DNA of 61,761 bases, filler included, from 6 parts of 6 records of this genome joined end to end with filler, not necessarily neighbours in it; one strand, 5' to 3'. Shown: positions 8,125-17,250, numbered from the whole stretch's first letter. Notes: generated from the letters alone by a model not told the origin. A program made the numbers and translations.

Positions 8125-8408
8125 GGGGATATATCCTGTCTGTGGTGGCGCAGGAGGATAAGATATCCATGCATTTTGTTGTAGGTGAAATCGTACATCA
8201 GAGGAAAGTGTGAACTGGTTCCAAGGGCTGTATCAGGAAGATACAAAACGGCTACGTGGCTACACGGAAATCGGACCGTTTTGTTCTGGGGTAGGCTGGG
8301 CCGCATCGTTAGAGTTAGCGGTGCCGTGCTGAATCTGTTTCACAGTGGCGCCGGCATTCACTTTTTATGCATTGTCTTTGAGTAGTGGCTATGCAGGAGT
8401 TGCAGTTT

Positions 8409-9020
8409 ATGGGGACACAGCAGGGCGCGGGAAAATGGCGTCAGCAGGAGTTGGGGCTGGAGGCGGTGGAGACACGGCTGCAGGCCCTGCAGGAGTACCT
8501 GGCCGTTTACCGGGCGAGCTTTGCCTCGTCGGGCAGTGCGGATAGTCATGCCCGGGTGCGGGTGCTGCGCCGGGATGTGTCTCGTCTGCGGGCCTGGGGC
8601 TGGTACCTGATCGCGTGTCGCGATGGCGCTCGCTGGTTGCCTGTTGTGCAGTGGTTGGCGCGGGTTTTCTCTGTGCTAGTGGTGCCGCAAAGACACCGCT
8701 CCCGGCGCCAGCAGCGCACGCTCACCATGCGGCATTTGTCCAGTTACAGTCTGGTCGAGCGCGCCTATGCGGCACAGGAAGATGATATCCAGGGGCGTTT
8801 GTTGACCTTGCGCCTGGCGCAACGTCAGAGTCCCAATGACCTGCGGGCCCGGGAAATCAAGAGACTCGAGCGTCAGGTGGATGAAGTGGTGTTGCTGCGA
8901 TTGGCCGGCCTGCCGGAGGCCCGGCAGCTTACGGTGATTTGCCATCTGCTGACGTGGACCATGGCCCTGCGTTCCTGCCTGGGTTTGCGGCTTCCCCTGG
9001 CGGATGTGGCGGACCGTTGA
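8409..9020 (+). CDS. Hypothetical protein, 203 aa, Arg/Leu-rich, two similar halves
   Basis: AGGAG RBS 9 nt before ATG8409 (alternative starts 8385/8391); stop overlaps the next start (TGATG). Confidence 0.7.
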   Translation: MGTQQGAGKWRQQELGLEAVETRLQALQEYLAVYRASFASSGSADSHARVRVLRRDVSRLRAWGWYLIACRDGARWLPVVQWLARVFSVLVVPQRHRSRRQQRTLTMRHLSSYSLVERAYAAQEDDIQGRLLTLRLAQRQSPNDLRAREIKRLERQVDEVVLLRLAGLPEARQLTVICHLLTWTMALRSCLGLRLPLADVADR

Positions 9021-9604
9021 TGCAGGCAATGACGATGTTGTCTCCCGCGCTGGATGGTTTGCCACGGGTTTTTACCCTCTCGGATCTCAAGCAGCTGCAA
9101 CCGGAGGAGTCGGGCGGCGCGCTGGATACCGTGCTGCGCTGGCTGGAAGCCGGGGTTGTCAAGCAGGTGGCGCCGCCGCGACCGGTATTCTACAAGGTGG
9201 TGCTGGGCGATCCGCTAACCGATGAGGACCGTTGCCGGGCATTGCTGCGGGCCTTTCCGTCGCTGGTGATGGTGGCCGGGTCGGCATTGTGGCGGCAGGG
9301 GTTGAGTCGTCAGCAGGACAGCGTGCTGGAATGCTGCGTGGCAGAAACCGAACTGAGTTGCCATTTGCCGGATGTGCGCCTGCACTGGCGGCCGCCGGCC
9401 TGGTGGTCGGCGATTCGCCGGGCCGGGGGGATGGCCGGTGATTACCACGGTGTGCCCATGCTCAATGCGGAGCTGGTGCTGGCGGATGCGTCCACGTTTT
9501 CCGGTGTATGGATGCCGGATCGCGAATCGGTGGATTGGGATCGCCTGTCCACGGCGCGTCTTAGCGAGGCCAGTGATTATTTGCGCGAGCTGCGCCCCCG
9601 CTGA
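9020..9604 (+). CDS. AbiEi-like (type IV TA antitoxin-like) winged-helix protein
   Basis: VFTLSDL...RWLEAGVVKQV..R.VFY wHTH-like region; GSALWRQGLSRQ resembles the AbiEi SALxxHGLxxQ motif; GVPMLNAELVLAD resembles xPExALxD. Recognised by eye only. Confidence 0.6.
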   Translation: MQAMTMLSPALDGLPRVFTLSDLKQLQPEESGGALDTVLRWLEAGVVKQVAPPRPVFYKVVLGDPLTDEDRCRALLRAFPSLVMVAGSALWRQGLSRQQDSVLECCVAETELSCHLPDVRLHWRPPAWWSAIRRAGGMAGDYHGVPMLNAELVLADASTFSGVWMPDRESVDWDRLSTARLSEASDYLRELRPR

Positions 9605-9649
9605 GCCGGTGTGCCCCCTGGGCGCCTTGACGAGAACGCCCTGCTGATA

Positions 9650-9685
9650 TTAAATGAGAACCATTATCATGGATTAATGGTTCTC
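9650..9685. promoter_or_regulatory. Fur box within an 11-bp perfect inverted repeat
   Basis: TTAAATGAGAACCATTATC matches the Fur consensus GATAATGATAATCATTATC at 14/19; GAGAACCATTA-N8-TAATGGTTCTC; precedes a PepSY-TM operon. Confidence 0.8.
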
Positions 9686-9690
9686 TCCCT

Positions 9691-9963
9691 ATGCTGGTTG
9701 CCGTTCTGGCCACACTTGCCAGTGTGTTGCTGTTTTATCTATCGGATCGCCAGCAACGCTGGCTGGATCAGCCCCTCCCCGCCGTTACCCGTTTAATCGC
9801 CCTGGCCATGCTGGTCGGTGGACTGTGGCTGTTGTCGCTGCAGTTGGGCGTTAGTGTGGGCCTGTTTGTGGGGCTGTGGGTGTTCACGCTGCCGGCCCTG
9901 CTGGTGCCGCTGCTGGTCAGTCATTACCGCGATAGCTATCAGCGCCGGGGAGGCAATCGATGA
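9691..9963 (+). CDS. Small 3-TM membrane protein of an iron-regulated operon
   Basis: Three hydrophobic segments, YLSDRQQRWL motif, ATGA overlap with the next gene. Confidence 0.75.
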   Translation: MLVAVLATLASVLLFYLSDRQQRWLDQPLPAVTRLIALAMLVGGLWLLSLQLGVSVGLFVGLWVFTLPALLVPLLVSHYRDSYQRRGGNR

Positions 9964-10217
9964 GAGCCTTTCTGGCGTTCTTGTTGAGCCTGCCCTTGTC
10001 GGTAATGCTGATGGGGTTGTTGGCGGCAGCGGTGCCGGCGCCCTGGCAGTCCTGGCTGGTGCTGCAACTGTTGGGCGTGACCCTGTTGTGGATGCTGCTG
10101 GTGACTCTGGTGGCGTTGCCCGAGCGTACCTGGCCCCCGCTGGTGGCGTTGCTGGTAATGAATGGGCTGGCCTGGGTGGCGCTGCAAACCACCGCCTTAT
10201 ATGGGGGGGGAGCATGA
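9960..10217 (+). CDS. Small 3-TM membrane protein (possibly DUF3649-like)
   Basis: Highly hydrophobic 85 aa; ATGA overlaps on both sides. Confidence 0.75.
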   Translation: MRAFLAFLLSLPLSVMLMGLLAAAVPAPWQSWLVLQLLGVTLLWMLLVTLVALPERTWPPLVALLVMNGLAWVALQTTALYGGGA

Positions 10218-11827
10218 AGGCAGACCGCTTGCGACGCTTTATCGACCTGCATGCCTGGCTGGGTATGGCCAGTGGTCTGGCCCTGTTTGTGGCGTTTTTT
10301 GCCGGCGCCCTCAATGTGTTCCATCACGAATTGCACCACTGGCAGACACCGCAGGCCACGGAGGCGGCATCGCAAGACGCCATCGATGGGCAGGCGCTTC
10401 TGGACCGTGTGACAGACCAATACCCGGATGCGCGTAAGCGCCTTTTTTTCCTGCCAGAGGAAGACCCTGCGGTAATGTGGTTTCAGTCCAGCGATGCTGG
10501 TGCGGGAGAGCGGGGTGCGGGGGAGTGGCTTACAGCCCATGCCACGGATTTCGACGAGGCGGGCAAGTATGTCGAAAAGCCTCGTTCAGCGCTGGCGGAT
10601 TTTATCAATCAGCTGCATTACCAGTTAGCGATCCCCAGTGGCGGCCTGCCCATCAACCTTGGCATGACCTTCATGGGGCTGATCTCGATACTGTACGGCG
10701 CAGCCCTGTTCACCGGCCTGGTGATTCATTGGCCGAAACTGCGCAAGGAATTCTTTGCCCTCAAGCATGAGGGCAACATGCGCCGTTACTGGAAGAACAT
10801 GCACAACCTGATCGGGGTGGTGAGTTTGCCGTTCCATCTGATCATGTCGGTGACCGGTGCCGCCATGGGCGCCTTTACCCTGGTGGCTGTGGTGCTGGGT
10901 ACCCTGGTGTTTGGCCCGCAGCTGCGTGGGGTTATTGAAGAGGAAACGGCGGTATGGCCCCCGGTGCAAAGCCAGGGAGAAAACGCTGCCATGGTGCCGA
11001 TGGCGGATTATCTGTCTGCGGCGGCTGATGCGTTGCCTGAGATGAGCGTGGATTGGGTGGAAATTCGCGGTTACGGCGACGCCGCCGGCTGGGTGGATGT
11101 GGCCGGTTCCGTGCCGGGGTATGTGGGGCATCATGCGCATGTGGTGCTGGACCCTGCGATGGGTGTCTTGAACGTGATCGCTCCGGGGCAGCGCAGCCTG
11201 AACTTTGATTCGTTCTCGCCGGTGTACTCTCTGCATTTTGGCGATTACGGCGGGATGCTGGTGAAAGGGTTGTACTTCGCCATGGGCTTGCTGGGGGCGT
11301 TGCTGTTCGTGTCCGGTAATGTGCTGTGGTGCGAGCGCCGCAGTGATCGCCAGGGGCCAAGCCGTGGATCGGCGTTTCTGTTGCGCCTGACCCTCGGGCT
11401 TTGTTTCGGTGTCGTGATCGGCGTGGCGTGCAGTTTCCTGGTCAGCAAGGGTCTGCCTTATACGCCCTGGGCGGCCTGGGTCGCTACCGCGGAGCGGGCA
11501 GTGTGTGGTGTGGTGGTCGTGCTGCTGGTGCTGTGGAGTTTGCGTGCCTCGCCGCTGCGGTTCAGTGGCCTGATGCTGATGGTGGCGCCGTTGTGTTATC
11601 TGGCGGTGCCGTTGTTGCAGGTGGTGCTGGAAGGTGGTCACGCTCTTGAGGCCGATAACCTGTTGATCAACGGTCTGTTGCTGCTGGTGGCGTCATCCCT
11701 GTGGGTGGTGCGTCGCCAGTTTCGCAAGCGTGTGCGTCTGGCTGAGCCTCATCCGCTCTGGGTGGGCAAGGTGACGCAGGGGTATCCCAAGCACCTTACC
11801 GAAACGGAACGGGAAGCGGTGAGCTGA
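10214..11827 (+). CDS. PepSY-associated TM helix domain protein (iron-regulated membrane protein)
   Basis: LHAWLG, FINQLHYQL, TGLVIHWP, MHNLIGVVSLPFHL and LHFGDYGG His motifs. Confidence 0.9.
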   Translation: MKADRLRRFIDLHAWLGMASGLALFVAFFAGALNVFHHELHHWQTPQATEAASQDAIDGQALLDRVTDQYPDARKRLFFLPEEDPAVMWFQSSDAGAGERGAGEWLTAHATDFDEAGKYVEKPRSALADFINQLHYQLAIPSGGLPINLGMTFMGLISILYGAALFTGLVIHWPKLRKEFFALKHEGNMRRYWKNMHNLIGVVSLPFHLIMSVTGAAMGAFTLVAVVLGTLVFGPQLRGVIEEETAVWPPVQSQGENAAMVPMADYLSAAADALPEMSVDWVEIRGYGDAAGWVDVAGSVPGYVGHHAHVVLDPAMGVLNVIAPGQRSLNFDSFSPVYSLHFGDYGGMLVKGLYFAMGLLGALLFVSGNVLWCERRSDRQGPSRGSAFLLRLTLGLCFGVVIGVACSFLVSKGLPYTPWAAWVATAERAVCGVVVVLLVLWSLRASPLRFSGLMLMVAPLCYLAVPLLQVVLEGGHALEADNLLINGLLLLVASSLWVVRRQFRKRVRLAEPHPLWVGKVTQGYPKHLTETEREAVS

Positions 11828-11881
11828 TTTGGTTGGTGTGCTGCATGGTACGTGAACCGTATTGCGGCCGCAGAGCGGCAT

Positions 11882-11912
11882 AAAAAACGGCGCCCGAGGG
11901 CGCCGTTTTTTT
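11882..11912. terminator. Bidirectional intrinsic terminator
   Basis: AAAAAACGGCGCCC-GA-GGGCGCCGTTTTTTT between convergent genes. Confidence 0.9.
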
Positions 11913-11933
11913 GTGACGTTACGGTCTCTGAAA

Positions 11934-13220
11934 TCAGAAGCGGTACGTCGCCTGCAGGGCCAGACCGTGAGCGCTGTTTTCGAAATCGGCGCTGTAGCTA
12001 TCCTGCGACACGCGGCCTTTCTCTTCATTGATGTAGGCGTAGGCTGCATCAAAGGTCAGGTCAGCGGTGGGACTCCAGCCGGCGCCCAGAGTGTAGATAT
12101 CACGATCGCTCACCGGGATGCGCACGGTACGGTCCGCATCGCTGGTGGGAGACTTGTCGGTGGCATAGCCGGCGCGAACAACCCACTTCGGGTTCAGTTG
12201 GTAGGCGCCGCCAACGGCGAAGGACCAGGTGTCCTCCCAGTTCAGCTCTTCGGTGATGGTGCCGAATTGAGCCTGCAGAAGAGGGTTTACGCCACTGTTT
12301 TCTACTTCAATGCCTTCCAGTCGGCTCCAGCGAGTCCAGGTGGCGCCCATATACAGGTCCAGATTGTCTGTAGCCTGGAAGCTGACAGAGGTATCCACGG
12401 ATTCCGGCATGGTGATGTCCAGCTCGGCATCGTATTCGCCATCCAGCACAGTGCCTAATGGGGAGCCGCTCACGGTGGTGTCACCCTCCAGGGAGAAGTC
12501 CATCTTGGAGTGATAGGTCAGGCCCCAGTCGAGACGGTCGTTGACCGCGATCAGCGTGCCCAGGTTGAAGCCGTAGGCAATATCGTCCCCTTCAATTTCC
12601 ACATCGCTGTCTGCTGCGTTAACGAAGGCGGGATTGATCTGTGCAAAGGCAGCGCCGGGAACCTTGCTGGTCAGTTCGCCGGAGATGTGGTTGATGGTCG
12701 GGCCAAAGCCCACAGAGACGCTATCGTTAAAGGCGTAACTGATGGTGGGCTGGATGGTGACAACCTGAACCATGCTGGTCACGCCGTGGTAGCGGCCCTG
12801 GAAGCTGTCTTCGTAGTCACTCTCTACGCCGAAGGGCGCGTACACGCCAATGCCGGCATGCAGTTTGTCGCTGATCGGGCTGACGTAGTAGCCGAAAGGA
12901 ATGGTGGTAAAAGGCACCATGTCGCCATCGTTTGTGCCAGATACGGGGAGGCCAGGGGCCAGCTGCCCTTCGGCATCGCTAATGTCAGTGCTGGCATCAA
13001 TAAAGGCCAGACCGCCGCTCACTTCGGCGCGGTCCAGGCGGCTCATGCCGGCAGGGTTGCCATACAGGGTGCTGGCGTTGGCAGCGGTGGAGGCGCGGCC
13101 TGCGTAGGCAGAACCGGCGCTGCTGGCGCTCTGTTCGTTCAGGGCCAGGCCATTGGCCATCACCTGGGTAGACGCAGCAGCAATCGCGGCTGCCAGCACG
13201 GCTTTGTTTGAATACTTCAT
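11934..13220 (-). CDS. fadL: OmpP1/FadL/TodX outer-membrane long-chain fatty acid/hydrocarbon transporter
   Basis: Signal peptide, GLALNEQSAS..GSAYAG, NPAGM hatch motif, C-terminal aromatic YRF. Confidence 0.92.
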   Translation of the reverse strand: MKYSNKAVLAAAIAAASTQVMANGLALNEQSASSAGSAYAGRASTAANASTLYGNPAGMSRLDRAEVSGGLAFIDASTDISDAEGQLAPGLPVSGTNDGDMVPFTTIPFGYYVSPISDKLHAGIGVYAPFGVESDYEDSFQGRYHGVTSMVQVVTIQPTISYAFNDSVSVGFGPTINHISGELTSKVPGAAFAQINPAFVNAADSDVEIEGDDIAYGFNLGTLIAVNDRLDWGLTYHSKMDFSLEGDTTVSGSPLGTVLDGEYDAELDITMPESVDTSVSFQATDNLDLYMGATWTRWSRLEGIEVENSGVNPLLQAQFGTITEELNWEDTWSFAVGGAYQLNPKWVVRAGYATDKSPTSDADRTVRIPVSDRDIYTLGAGWSPTADLTFDAAYAYINEEKGRVSQDSYSADFENSAHGLALQATYRF

Positions 13221-13420
13221 GGTAACTTTCCCGAGTTATGATTTTGCCGGCGCAAGTTAACATTCAGTCACAAAATATTACAGGTTGTTTATCGTCAAAA
13301 TTAACGGTAAATCGTGCAAAAAACGACTATTTTCGGGAAACAGGGTGTTTATTGTTGTGAAGAAGGTTCAAGGATGAGCGGTATGTTTACCCAAATATGC
13401 ATTTGCATGCTTATGCGGGT

Positions 13421-13463
13421 GCGGTCTGCTGGGCGCCTCTGGCTGTGATGGCCAGCAGACCGC
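13421..13463. repeat. 12-bp perfect inverted repeat downstream of ycaC (possible terminator or stabilising hairpin)
   Basis: GCGGTCTGCTGG...CCAGCAGACCGC; no clear U tract. Confidence 0.55.
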
Positions 13464-13474
13464 TGTCTAGCGGA

Positions 13475-14101
13475 CTATTTCCCTTCGGTGAGGGTGCTGT
13501 AGCTGGTGATCAGATTGCGGTAATCCGGGATGTGGTTGGAGAAAAGTGCGCCCAGCCCGTCGATATCATTGCGCCAGTCGCGGTGTAGCTCGCAGGCTGC
13601 GCCAAACCAGGTCAGCAACTGGGCGCCGGCGGCGCTCATGCGGTCCCAGGCGGCGTCCCGGGTCATGGGGTTAAAGGTCCCGGAGGCATCGGTGATCACG
13701 AACACCTCGAAGTCTTCTTCCAGGGCCGAGAGGGCCGGGAACGCCACGCAGACTTCGGTGACCACACCGGCGATGATCAGCTGCTTCTTGCCGGTGGCCT
13801 TTACCGCGGCGAGGAAGTCTTCGTTATCCCAGGCATTGATCTGTCCGGGGCGGGCGATATAGGGCGCATCGGGGAACATCTCCTTGAGTTCTGGCACCAG
13901 TGGACCGTTGGGGCCGGTTTCAAAGCTGGTGGTGAGGATGGTCGGAAGTTCGAAGTACTTGGCCATGTCGGCCAGTGCCAGCACGTTGTTCTTGAACTTG
14001 TCCGGATCAATGTCGCGCACCAGTGACAGCAGGCCGGCCTGATGGTCCACCAGCAGTACCGCTGCATTGTCCTTGTCGAGTCGTTTGTATTGCTTACCCA
14101 T
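13475..14101 (-). CDS. ycaC: Isochorismatase-family cysteine hydrolase YcaC
   Basis: LLVDHQAGL, TTSFETGPNGP, RPGQINAWDN, AGVVTEVCV. Confidence 0.93.
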   Translation of the reverse strand: MGKQYKRLDKDNAAVLLVDHQAGLLSLVRDIDPDKFKNNVLALADMAKYFELPTILTTSFETGPNGPLVPELKEMFPDAPYIARPGQINAWDNEDFLAAVKATGKKQLIIAGVVTEVCVAFPALSALEEDFEVFVITDASGTFNPMTRDAAWDRMSAAGAQLLTWFGAACELHRDWRNDIDGLGALFSNHIPDYRNLITSYSTLTEGK

Positions 14102-14155
14102 GGTCTTTCTCCTGCGAGTGATGGGTGGCGTTGATCGCCACCCGTTGGTTAAGGG

Positions 14156-15022
14156 TTAGGCCGGGATCTGGCCAAAATTGCCGCTTTGGAAATCGCGTAT
14201 CGCCTGCTGAATCTCTTCCCGGGTGTTCATCACGAAAGGACCGTGACCCACCACGGGTTCATTCAGTGGTTCACCGGCAATCAGCAGCAGATCGCTGTCC
14301 GTCTCGGCGTGCAGCTGTACTTGCGTGCCTTTTGCGTCGAGTACCACCATTTGTGCCGCAGCCGCCCGGGTATGTTCGTTGACTTCAACATCGCCTTTGC
14401 GGGTGATGACCGCGGTGTTCCAGCCTTCGGGCAGGTCCAGCGTCACTGTGGCATGCGCCCGCAAGTGGATATCCCATACCTGCATGGGCGAATAGGAGCT
14501 GGCCGCCCCTGCGTGCTGCTGGAACTCCCCGGCGATGACGCGCACTTCCCCGGCGTTATCCGCCAGTGGCACCACCGGGATCGCATCATTGCGGATGCCC
14601 TGATAGGACGGGGCGGTCATCTTGTCCGCAGCGGGCAGGTTCACCCACAGCTGGATCATTTCCAGCTCTCCGCCCTGGTAGGTGAAGGCGGGGGAGTGAA
14701 ACTCCTCGTGGAGGATGCCGGCACCGGCGGTCATCCACTGCACATCACCCGGTCCAATCACGCCGCCTTGCCCGGTGGAATCCCGGTGAGCCACCTCGCC
14801 CTGGTAGACGATGGTCACTGTTTCAAAGCCCCGATGTGGGTGCTCACCAACACCGCGAGGCTTGGTGGCAGGGGGGAAGCGTGCCGGCCCTGCGTAATCC
14901 AGTAACAGGAAGGGGCTTAGCTGTTTGCCGTGGTTTTCGTAGGAAAACAGGGAGCGAACCGGGAAGCCGTTTCCCACCCAGTGCGGGGCGGGTGCGGAAT
15001 ACATACCGAGAATCTTTTTCAT
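14156..15022 (-). CDS. Pirin family protein
   Basis: HWVGNGFPVR, PFLLLD, HPHRGFETVT, WMTAGAGILHEE, QLWVNLP, GPFVMN; GGAGG RBS. Confidence 0.95.
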   Translation of the reverse strand: MKKILGMYSAPAPHWVGNGFPVRSLFSYENHGKQLSPFLLLDYAGPARFPPATKPRGVGEHPHRGFETVTIVYQGEVAHRDSTGQGGVIGPGDVQWMTAGAGILHEEFHSPAFTYQGGELEMIQLWVNLPAADKMTAPSYQGIRNDAIPVVPLADNAGEVRVIAGEFQQHAGAASSYSPMQVWDIHLRAHATVTLDLPEGWNTAVITRKGDVEVNEHTRAAAAQMVVLDAKGTQVQLHAETDSDLLLIAGEPLNEPVVGHGPFVMNTREEIQQAIRDFQSGNFGQIPA

Positions 15023-15124
15023 GGCGGGTTCCTCCGTTTTGGTCATGGATTCATGTTATGGATGGAACGAATGGGCGGGAAGGTGGCAAAATTACAACTC
15101 AGCGTTGCAAAAATGGGACGATAG

Positions 15125-16030
15125 ATGGTGGACCTAAATGACTTGTTTTACTTTGCCAAGGTGGTGGAGTTCGGCGGTTTTGCCCCGGCCAGCCGGGCGA
15201 TCACGGTGCCCAAGTCAAAATTGAGCCGACGGGTGGCCGGGCTGGAGGAGCGGCTGGGGGTGCGGCTGATCAATCGCTCAAGCCGACAGTTCTCGGTGAC
15301 CGAGGTCGGGCAGCAATATTATGAGCACTGCAAGGCCATGCTGGTGGAGGCCGAGTCGGCCCAGGAAGCCATTGATACCGTGACGGCGGAACCCCGTGGG
15401 GTTATTCGTCTGGCTTGCCCGATTACGCTGCTGCATGTGCATATCGGCGCTTTCTTGGCCGACTTCATGAAACAGTACCCGGAAATCACCGTGCATCTGG
15501 AAGCCACCAATCGGCGCGTGGATGTGATCAGCGAAGGAGTGGATGTGGCGATCCGGGTTCGCCCGCCGGGTCTGGAGGACAGTGATTTGGTGGTGCGGGT
15601 GTTGTCTGACCGGCGGCTGGGGCTGGTGGCCAGCCCGGAGCTGGTGGCGCAGTATGGCATGCCGAGCCACCCGCAAGAGTTGTCCAGCTGGCCGAGCCTC
15701 GGGTTGGGAGCGCCGCGCCCGGATTTTCGCTGGTCTCTGCGCGGCGAGGATGGGAGTGAGATTCGGGTGTTTCACCAGCCCCGTTATGTGACCACCGATA
15801 TGATTGCCCTGCGCCGTGCGGCGGTGGCAGGTGTGGGGGTGGTGCAGCTGCCGGTCCTCACTGTGCAGCACCAGCTGGAGCGTGGTGAGTTGGTGCAGCT
15901 ACTGCCCCGCTGGGCGTTGGCGAAAGACATTATCCATGCGGTGTTCCCATCACGCCGGGGCATGTTGCCGGCGGTGCGTACACTGATTGATCGTCTTGCC
16001 GATTATTACGATTCTTTTGAGGAATTGTAA
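15125..16030 (+). CDS. LysR-family transcriptional regulator
   Basis: DLNDLFYFAKVVE...SKLSRRVAGLEERLGVRLINRSSR HTH; divergent from pirin-ycaC. Confidence 0.95.
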   Translation: MVDLNDLFYFAKVVEFGGFAPASRAITVPKSKLSRRVAGLEERLGVRLINRSSRQFSVTEVGQQYYEHCKAMLVEAESAQEAIDTVTAEPRGVIRLACPITLLHVHIGAFLADFMKQYPEITVHLEATNRRVDVISEGVDVAIRVRPPGLEDSDLVVRVLSDRRLGLVASPELVAQYGMPSHPQELSSWPSLGLGAPRPDFRWSLRGEDGSEIRVFHQPRYVTTDMIALRRAAVAGVGVVQLPVLTVQHQLERGELVQLLPRWALAKDIIHAVFPSRRGMLPAVRTLIDRLADYYDSFEEL

Positions 16031-16043
16031 GCGCGTCGTCTGT

Positions 16044-17066
16044 CTAGGTTTGGCTCAATAGCTGGCGGCGATAGGCCCGTGGCGTTGTGCCGAGCCATTG
16101 GCGGCAGGCCCGGTTGAAGGCCGATTGCTCGGAGTAGCCGAGCAGCCCGGCGATCTGGCTGAGCTTCAGGTTGGGTTCCATCAAATATTCACGCAACAGT
16201 TTCAGGCGCACCTCTCCCAGCAATTGTTCATAGCTGACCCCTTCATTAGCCAGGCGTCGTTGCAGGGTGCGTTTATGCATGGACAGGTGTGAGGCAATGA
16301 CGGCGCTGGTGCACTGGGCGGTGGGAAGCAGGGTGGTGATCAGGCGGGTGACATCTTCGCTGAGCGTGATGGCGTTGGGGGCCTGCTGGGAAGCCAGATA
16401 ACGCTCCGCCAGTTCCCATGTGTGATGGTCGGCGCTGGATAACGGCATGGCGAAGGCTGCGACAGGCCAATAGCAGCCACACCAATCCTGCTCGAAATAA
16501 GCGTCGCAGCGAAACACGTCATGATACGCATCAAGGTCAGCCTGGCGAGGGTGCATGAAGTGGACGCTGTAGGGGCGGAATGTCTCTCCGCAGAGCAACT
16601 TCATGACCTGCATCGAGTTCGACAAGCTCAACTCATAGGCCTGGGGGCGATAGCCCCCGGAGCTGTCTTCATCAATAGTGAATTGAAAGCGAATGCAGGA
16701 TTGGCCCTGGTGTTCGCACACGGTATTGCTGATGCCCAACGCCGGGCTGTGCAGATGCAGGTAGCGGGCAATGCTGCTGATGGCGTCGCCCACTGTGGCC
16801 GCGCTGCGCGCGATCACGCTAATCGGCCCAAGAATATCCATGCCCTGGTACTCCGCCAGCTTGAGGCCTAGCTGGGGGTAATTTAAGGCTTGGACGGTGT
16901 CTTCGAACAGCGCAGCAAGGTTGCGATAAAGCAGGAAAGAGCTGTCATCCCGCCGTTCCTCCGGAGGAATATGGTAACGCTCCAGCAAGGGCAGAGGATC
17001 GCCGCCCAGTTGGCGCACCAGGTCGTCGAACCCCCACAGGTTGGTGGCGCGAATCAGATCACTCAT
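16044..17066 (-). CDS. AraC-family regulator (OruR/Arabinose_bd_2 type)
   Basis: C-terminal MHKRTLQRRL...IAGLLGYSEQSAFNRACRQWLGTTP. Confidence 0.93.
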   Translation of the reverse strand: MSDLIRATNLWGFDDLVRQLGGDPLPLLERYHIPPEERRDDSSFLLYRNLAALFEDTVQALNYPQLGLKLAEYQGMDILGPISVIARSAATVGDAISSIARYLHLHSPALGISNTVCEHQGQSCIRFQFTIDEDSSGGYRPQAYELSLSNSMQVMKLLCGETFRPYSVHFMHPRQADLDAYHDVFRCDAYFEQDWCGCYWPVAAFAMPLSSADHHTWELAERYLASQQAPNAITLSEDVTRLITTLLPTAQCTSAVIASHLSMHKRTLQRRLANEGVSYEQLLGEVRLKLLREYLMEPNLKLSQIAGLLGYSEQSAFNRACRQWLGTTPRAYRRQLLSQT

Positions 17067-17144
17067 GGTGGGGGCCGTTGTTTGGGCGGTTGCCCTTTGA
17101 TGATGTCACTCGTTGCACATGGCGGGCTCAATAACGGACGACAT

Positions 17145-17181
17145 TGTCGCGTTATGTCAAAAACATGTCCACATAGGTCAA
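17145..17181. promoter_or_regulatory. Candidate AraC operator: two TGTC-N7-GTCAA direct repeats 21 bp apart
   Basis: TGTCgcgttatGTCAA (17145) and TGTCcacatagGTCAA (17166) between divergent AraC and monooxygenase genes. Confidence 0.6.
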
Positions 17182-17250
17182 TATTGTCAAGGTTGGCTTC
17201 TGAAATAGTGGCAGGTAGCGAAATTCAATACTCAGAATAAGGAGGCCGCC

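Noticed and set aside
10203-10210. G8 tract as a phase-variation switch
   Set aside because: Short, and explained by Gly codons doubling as the RBS of the next gene.
10625-11641. Long antisense ORFs (also 17293-18246, 20681-21598, 38374-39360, 39312-40409, 43255-44409, 46670-47719)
   Set aside because: Shadow frames opposite well-supported genes in GC-rich DNA; no recognisable motifs.
13339-13351. AAACA-GGG-TGTTT palindrome upstream of fadL as a PsrA box
   Set aside because: Spacing does not fit GAAAC-N4-GTTTC and it is too short to assign.
14123-14143. Hairpin GGGTGGCG-TTGAT-CGCCACCC between pirin and ycaC
   Set aside because: Ordinary intercistronic stem-loop; single copy.
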